Positions 59,362-64,000 of a stretch of DNA of 64,000 nt are shown here, in pieces. Within the stretch, counting starts at the first letter, position 1. Every line of letters begins with the position of its first letter. Under the pieces are notes generated by a model, which was not told the origin of the DNA, made no database searches, and worked only from the letters and a program-made list of their open reading frames with translations. Position numbers and translations under genes: made by a program. This stretch comes from an uncultured Thermoprotei archaeon (GTDB lineage: Archaea; Thermoproteota; Thermoprotei; Thermofilales; B15-G2), in NCBI GenBank assembly GCA_965367815.1, contig CBDUKN010000002.1, positions 32,001 through 96,000 on the forward strand, read 5' to 3'.

Positions 59362-61486
59362 ATACTTCTCTACGTATTTCCTCTATTTCTTCGAGTATAT
59401 CCGTAATATCTACTTCGATTTTTTCGTGTTTTCTTGCTTTAATAGCAATATACAAAATTGCGATAATAGATAAAGCGGAAACTGTTATTAGAACAATATT
59501 TTTGCCCGTTGCTTCTTCGGTAGTCTCACCTTTATGGTACCCTGTTGGCACGAACTCTTTAACTGAAAATAGACGTGGAAGAACTAGCTCTAAAGAAAAT
59601 GCTGTTGAGTACTCTGCGTCAACGGGAGATTTACAAACATCTAATTCTACGGAGGGGTTAGAGACGTTAAGAAGAATTATTTTTGTGTCAACAGCGTTTC
59701 TGAGGACACTGCCATTGCTTAACGGACATATTAGAACAGATGTTTCCATAGTGTAGATACTGGCTTCTTCTGATACTGTTTTGTTCTCAGATGTAGCAAC
59801 AATAATTTTACTCGAGCTTTTAATCACCAGTCCATAGATAGTGTTCTCTGTTTTCACTACGATACCTTTTACAGTATTATTAATAGCCACTATTTCTATT
59901 TTCGGCTTCTGCTCAGCACTTTCTGAGAGTATTTCAAGAGAGTACTTGTAGTAAAGGTTCCACTCCGCGTAAGCACATTTTCTTATTTTTTCTAGATGAT
60001 CTTTTGTTTCAGTTAAATTATTTAGCTTATTTTCCATAGTTGAGAGTTGTTTTAAGCTTGAATTAACTGTTCTCACTAAAGTTTCTGAAATATTGTAGAG
60101 AACAAGAGACAAATTTATGTTAGTATACCCTATTAAGTTAATAGACGATGATAATTTAACAAAACCCTGCCCGGCTTCTTTAAGCTTATCTGCGGCCTCT
60201 TCTCCTTCTTCAATAGCTCTGTTTATTGAAGACACCATTTTTTTGAGTTTCTCTACCTCTTCAAATAGTTCTTCTTGATTTTGGCTTAGTTGCTCAATTA
60301 AAGTCTTTAAGCCTTCTAAAAGCTGTATTATTGTTTCGTTTTGAGGATATATCTTCTTCAATGTATCGATTGCCTCTTCTAGTGAACTTATTACTTCATT
60401 GTAATCTACTTCACTTGACTCTAGAGCTTTCAGTACTTCACTTATTTTATTTAATGTAGCTGAAGCATATGAGATAGATCCTTTAAATGACTTAATAAGT
60501 GACTTCATCTCTTCTGAAGCTTTTATTAAGTTTTCTCCAGAATCCTTAAGAACACTTGATATTTTAAGAAGCGAGTAACCAGTGTTATTCAACACAGTAG
60601 ATATATTGGCCAATCCTTCGGCAAGCTTAAGAGAAGCATTTATGCCTTCTTTCATCTTACTGACAATTGACGATAATCCTTCGATATACTCGTTCAGTCG
60701 ATTCATTATTTCCTCTACTCTTTCAGCAACTAAATCAGGTCTGTCGATAACTTGTATCGATATGCGTTTGAGGGGTACTTCACCCCAAGGGTTTACTTCT
60801 TCTACTTTTGCTTTAAAACTCAGGCTTATATTGTTATAGAGAGTAATCATCCAGACGTGCATTCTCTCGTCTCCGATCATAATTGTAGAGTTCGGCTGTG
60901 GACTAAGCGATAAAGGCTTAAGGTATGAAGGAAAGTTAAACATTATGATTAAGTTCAGCGGTAACCTCAAGTAGCTGTTTTCGCAAAGCCATCTTTTCTT
61001 CGTATTCACTAAAGTAATATTGAGTGAAACTATTTCTCCTACTTCTACTTTAACATAGTCTACACCATTTCTTTCAATAATTTCTGCTCTGCGTCCATTA
61101 ACTGATATTTCGACAGAGTAGTTTATCGGAGGAGGAGTAAAAAGCCTCGCTGAATATTTTATATTAGTTGGAAGCTTTAAGCGCTCCCAAATAAGCTTCA
61201 AGTAGCGGCCATAATACTTTATTGAAGAAGGCTTAGGTGAGATTTCTAAAATATCTTGAGGAGAAACAAACCATATCCTATCTACAATAGTGCGAAAGCC
61301 TGTTCCCTCAATAGTTATCTCCACATCTACTTTCCACTCCTCTATCTTACCATTAAGTCCGAGTATACAATAGTACTCGACCTTCTTCATTACATGGATT
61401 TCTTGAGAAGAAGTAGCTATAGTCTCGACTTTGAAGAAAATAATAAGAATTAATTCTGTAAGAAATAACGCCAGAACTTTTCTCAC
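59342..61486 (-). CDS. Large secreted, C-terminally anchored coiled-coil surface protein
   Basis: Signal peptide, beta-rich domains, ~250 aa heptad region, many N-x-S/T sequons, C-terminal TM with charged tail. Confidence 0.7.
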   Translation of the reverse strand: MRKVLALFLTELILIIFFKVETIATSSQEIHVMKKVEYYCILGLNGKIEEWKVDVEITIEGTGFRTIVDRIWFVSPQDILEISPKPSSIKYYGRYLKLIWERLKLPTNIKYSARLFTPPPINYSVEISVNGRRAEIIERNGVDYVKVEVGEIVSLNITLVNTKKRWLCENSYLRLPLNLIIMFNFPSYLKPLSLSPQPNSTIMIGDERMHVWMITLYNNISLSFKAKVEEVNPWGEVPLKRISIQVIDRPDLVAERVEEIMNRLNEYIEGLSSIVSKMKEGINASLKLAEGLANISTVLNNTGYSLLKISSVLKDSGENLIKASEEMKSLIKSFKGSISYASATLNKISEVLKALESSEVDYNEVISSLEEAIDTLKKIYPQNETIIQLLEGLKTLIEQLSQNQEELFEEVEKLKKMVSSINRAIEEGEEAADKLKEAGQGFVKLSSSINLIGYTNINLSLVLYNISETLVRTVNSSLKQLSTMENKLNNLTETKDHLEKIRKCAYAEWNLYYKYSLEILSESAEQKPKIEIVAINNTVKGIVVKTENTIYGLVIKSSSKIIVATSENKTVSEEASIYTMETSVLICPLSNGSVLRNAVDTKIILLNVSNPSVELDVCKSPVDAEYSTAFSLELVLPRLFSVKEFVPTGYHKGETTEEATGKNIVLITVSALSIIAILYIAIKARKHEKIEVDITDILEEIEEIRREVSKRAKT

Positions 61487-61574
61487 AGTATAGCAATATT
61501 TATACCTTCTATTAAGTCTTACTTTTCTGTAGTTTTTCCTTTACTAATATAGATTTTAACTGAATATTTTAAGT

Positions 61575-62702
61575 TTATCCATAGAACGGCGCTGGTAGAC
61601 ACAGCACTAGTATAACCAAGTACACTATGATCATTAGTTTCCTCGAAGTGCTCAGCGGAGAAACATTGTCTAGAGGCTCTATAGGTTTGCCTCCCATCAT
61701 CAAGAAAAACAACAGTATGAGAGCCATCATCCAGTACCCTAGAATAAAGAGCACTGCTATACCAGCTATAGAGAGGAGCCTAGCTCTCTTAGGACCTACA
61801 AGCGCTCTTATGACATGGCCTCCGTCGAGTTGCCAAACAGGGAAAAGATTTAGCGCTGTAATAATGAAACCTGCCCAGGCTACGAAAGCTAGTGGATGCA
61901 AGTAGTAGACATAGTTGGGTCCTGGAAGAGGCTTATAGTATGAGAGAATAATATCCATTAACACAGGAGTCGGAATGTAAACAAAGACATAGCCCTGCTC
62001 TGTCCAAGCTTTAAGCTGCTCTAGCGAAACAACGCCTGTAACTCGAGCAGCTACCAGCATGACTACCACAGTCGCTAAAAAGCCGAAAATAGGGCCGCTG
62101 AAGCCAATATCGAATAACTCGTCTTTATTTGTCGGAGGCTCTTCTTGGAAAATAACTGCTCCAAATGTACCTCCTATCCCTATTCCTGGTGGTGCTGGTA
62201 TAAAGTAGGGAAGCGATGTTCTAACGCCGTGTATCATCGAAACTATTTTATGACCCATTTCATGGATTCCTACAATAGCCATTAGGGCTAAAGCATAGGC
62301 TAGCATCGTTAAGAGAACATTGACTTCGTGTCCCAGCACTTCAGGTAGAAGACTATCTGAAGCCCTAAGAAAACCATCTATTAGTACTGTAATGAAAGTC
62401 ACCACAAAGAGAAGTAGAGGTGTCTTAGGGTTCCTTCTCTTAGGTTCGAAAGGAAGTACTCTTATAGTCAAATAACCATTACTCTTCCTCAAGAAAGGCA
62501 GAAGCTTCCTACTTTTAGCTTCAAGAGCAAATTCCTTAAATTTACTCTTCAAGTCGCCGTCAGGCTGAATATAGAAAACAGGTACAAAGCCGTCGAACTC
62601 GTAGTGAAGCACATAAAAATACTTTGAAACTAAGGCCCTCGCTTCCTCAAAGAGCATTAATGGATAGGGCGTATACACAGAGTTCCCATAGTAATAGAAC
62701 AT
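61575..62702 (-). CDS. Site-2 protease (M50 family)
   Basis: HEMGH, GTFGA, NLFP..QLDGGH. Confidence 0.9.
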   Translation of the reverse strand: MFYYYGNSVYTPYPLMLFEEARALVSKYFYVLHYEFDGFVPVFYIQPDGDLKSKFKEFALEAKSRKLLPFLRKSNGYLTIRVLPFEPKRRNPKTPLLLFVVTFITVLIDGFLRASDSLLPEVLGHEVNVLLTMLAYALALMAIVGIHEMGHKIVSMIHGVRTSLPYFIPAPPGIGIGGTFGAVIFQEEPPTNKDELFDIGFSGPIFGFLATVVVMLVAARVTGVVSLEQLKAWTEQGYVFVYIPTPVLMDIILSYYKPLPGPNYVYYLHPLAFVAWAGFIITALNLFPVWQLDGGHVIRALVGPKRARLLSIAGIAVLFILGYWMMALILLFFLMMGGKPIEPLDNVSPLSTSRKLMIIVYLVILVLCLPAPFYG

Positions 62703-62729
62703 AGACTCTTAAAATAGCTTAGCCTAAAA

Positions 62730-62793
62730 GCGGTCATCAAAAGGGGGCGAGAGGTCATCATTCATCAGAGCCGGCCTGGTATCAATCATCCGC
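62730..62793 (-). ncRNA. Putative box C/D guide sRNA with terminal stem
   Basis: Minus strand reads GCGG-ATGATTG-ATACCAGGCCGGCT-CTGA-tga-ATGATGA-CCTCTCGCCCCCT-TTTG-ATGA-CCGC. Confidence 0.72.
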
Positions 62794-62916
62794 TATGTGC
62801 ATTCTCCTGTCTTGAGTATATATTCTTTGTTTCAGTCTTGAAACATCACTTCTATAAATACGAGGTAAAGCACTACAGAAACATATTTATTAACTTAGTT
62901 ATTACAATGCCCGGAT

Positions 62917-64000
62917 GTGTCGTCGGGTAGAATACTTATTGTTGATCCTATTCGTAGCGGCGGTATTGTTCCCGAAGGAGTGAAAAAGAACTTAATAGAC
63001 TATCTAGACGGCTATTCTACATGCCTTTACTGTACAGGAGATCTACACAGCATTAGGCGCCCTAATATCAAGAAACTAGTAGAAGAACTCGAGACCTTTA
63101 TCGACTGCAGTAAAGTGAGACTCGTTCACGGAGCTAGAGAAGGAATATTTACAGTAATGTTCGCTCTCTACAAAGAATATGTACTGAAGAATGAAAAAGC
63201 CCCTGTAGTTGTTGCAGACGGAAATGCACACTACACGAGCCTTCTTGCAGCCGAGAGAAGTATGCTTGAAGTAGTTTTAACAAAGACTACAGACTACCCT
63301 GAGTTCAAAGTAGTACCCGAGGACTTTGAAGAAAAAATAGAGCTAGTTAAAAAGAATTACGGAAAACCTCCTCTTTTAGCTTTAATTACATATCCTGACG
63401 GAAACTATGGCAATATACCTGAAGTTAAAAAAATAGTCGATATATGTAAAAGCCACGGCATCCACGTATTAATCAATGCTGCTTACGCCATAGGCAGAAT
63501 GCCTTTCTCTCTAAACAAAATAGGTGCAGACTTCGCCGTAGGCTCAGGCCACAAAAGCATGGCATGTACAGGACCCATAGGAGTCTTAGCCATGACAAAA
63601 GAAGCTTCTCGAATAGTACTTAAGAAAAGCAAGTATAAGGAAAATAAGGAAGTAGAACTCTTAGGGTGCACTGTAAGAGGAGCCCCCGCAGTCTGCTTGC
63701 TACAAGTACTACCCTACTTAAAGGAAAGAATCTCAAAGTGGGAAACTAAAGTAGAAATAGCAAGATATGTTGCTGACCGCCTTGAAAAAGAGCTAGGCTT
63801 CAAGCTCCTTGGAGAAAAGCCTCACAACCACGACCTACTTCACTTTGAGACGCCTCAGCTTTACGAAATTTCACTAAAAGTACGAGATAGGTTCTTCCTC
63901 TATAAAGAGCTCAAGAAGAAAAATATCATCGGAATAAAGCCGGGAATAACGAAAAGAATGAAGATAAGCACCTATCTTTTAGAAAAAGAGACAGCAGACT
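62917..64000 (+). CDS. pscS: O-phosphoseryl-tRNA:Cys-tRNA synthase (SepCysS), truncated by the window edge
   Basis: Manual translation from GTG 62917 gives DPIRSGG, DGYSTCLYC, HGARE, DGNAHYTS, TYPDGNYGN, NAAY.IGRMP, GSGHKSMA and ELLGCT; absent from the ORF track because there is no stop in the window. Confidence 0.92.
   Translation, partial: MSSGRILIVDPIRSGGIVPEGVKKNLIDYLDGYSTCLYCTGDLHSIRRPNIKKLVEELETFIDCSKVRLVHGAREGIFTVMFALYKEYVLKNEKAPVVVADGNAHYTSLLAAERSMLEVVLTKTTDYPEFKVVPEDFEEKIELVKKNYGKPPLLALITYPDGNYGNIPEVKKIVDICKSHGIHVLINAAYAIGRMPFSLNKIGADFAVGSGHKSMACTGPIGVLAMTKEASRIVLKKSKYKENKEVELLGCTVRGAPAVCLLQVLPYLKERISKWETKVEIARYVADRLEKELGFKLLGEKPHNHDLLHFETPQLYEISLKVRDRFFLYKELKKKNIIGIKPGITKRMKISTYLLEKETAD

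Noticed and set aside
661-63671. Numerous 60-175 aa ORFs antisense to or nested in recognised genes (e.g. 24568..25092, 35261..35665, 10948..11304, 63483..63671)
   Set aside because: These are shadow frames of well-supported genes, with Ser/Phe/Leu-rich antisense composition and no motifs.
1-64000. tRNA, rRNA, SRP or RNase P RNA genes
   Set aside because: No cloverleaf or long GC-rich structured segment was seen; the rRNA-like 10-12-mers present are antisense guides.

Overview
This 64 kb window is gene-dense, AT-rich archaeal chromosome, most likely from a (hyper)thermophilic Thermoproteota. That assignment is an inference from the gene content, TATA-type promoters, frequent GTG starts and rRNA-like guide sequences. 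Most of the window is housekeeping or metabolic: proS, pheS/pheT, AdoMet decarboxylase, inositol-1-phosphate synthase, an XPD/DinG helicase, protein-only RNase P (HARP), ABC transporters, two CLC channels and radical SAM enzymes. Several things are not shown by the ORF track. (1) About 11 box C/D guide sRNAs and one H/ACA-like hairpin lie in intergenic gaps or overlap gene ends. (2) Four copies of a 14-bp palindrome (consensus TCCTCTATAGAGGA), spaced 34/35/34 bp apart, sit across the promoter and start of an AAA_14/DUF4143 ATPase gene. (3) A SepCysS gene runs off the right edge of the window. (4) Six genes are disrupted, three of them within a variable region (~47.4-57 kb) that begins at a solo serine recombinase. 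No rRNA, tRNA or CRISPR array was seen. Protein calls come from motif recognition by eye and rRNA target matches are recalled from memory; no database searches were run.
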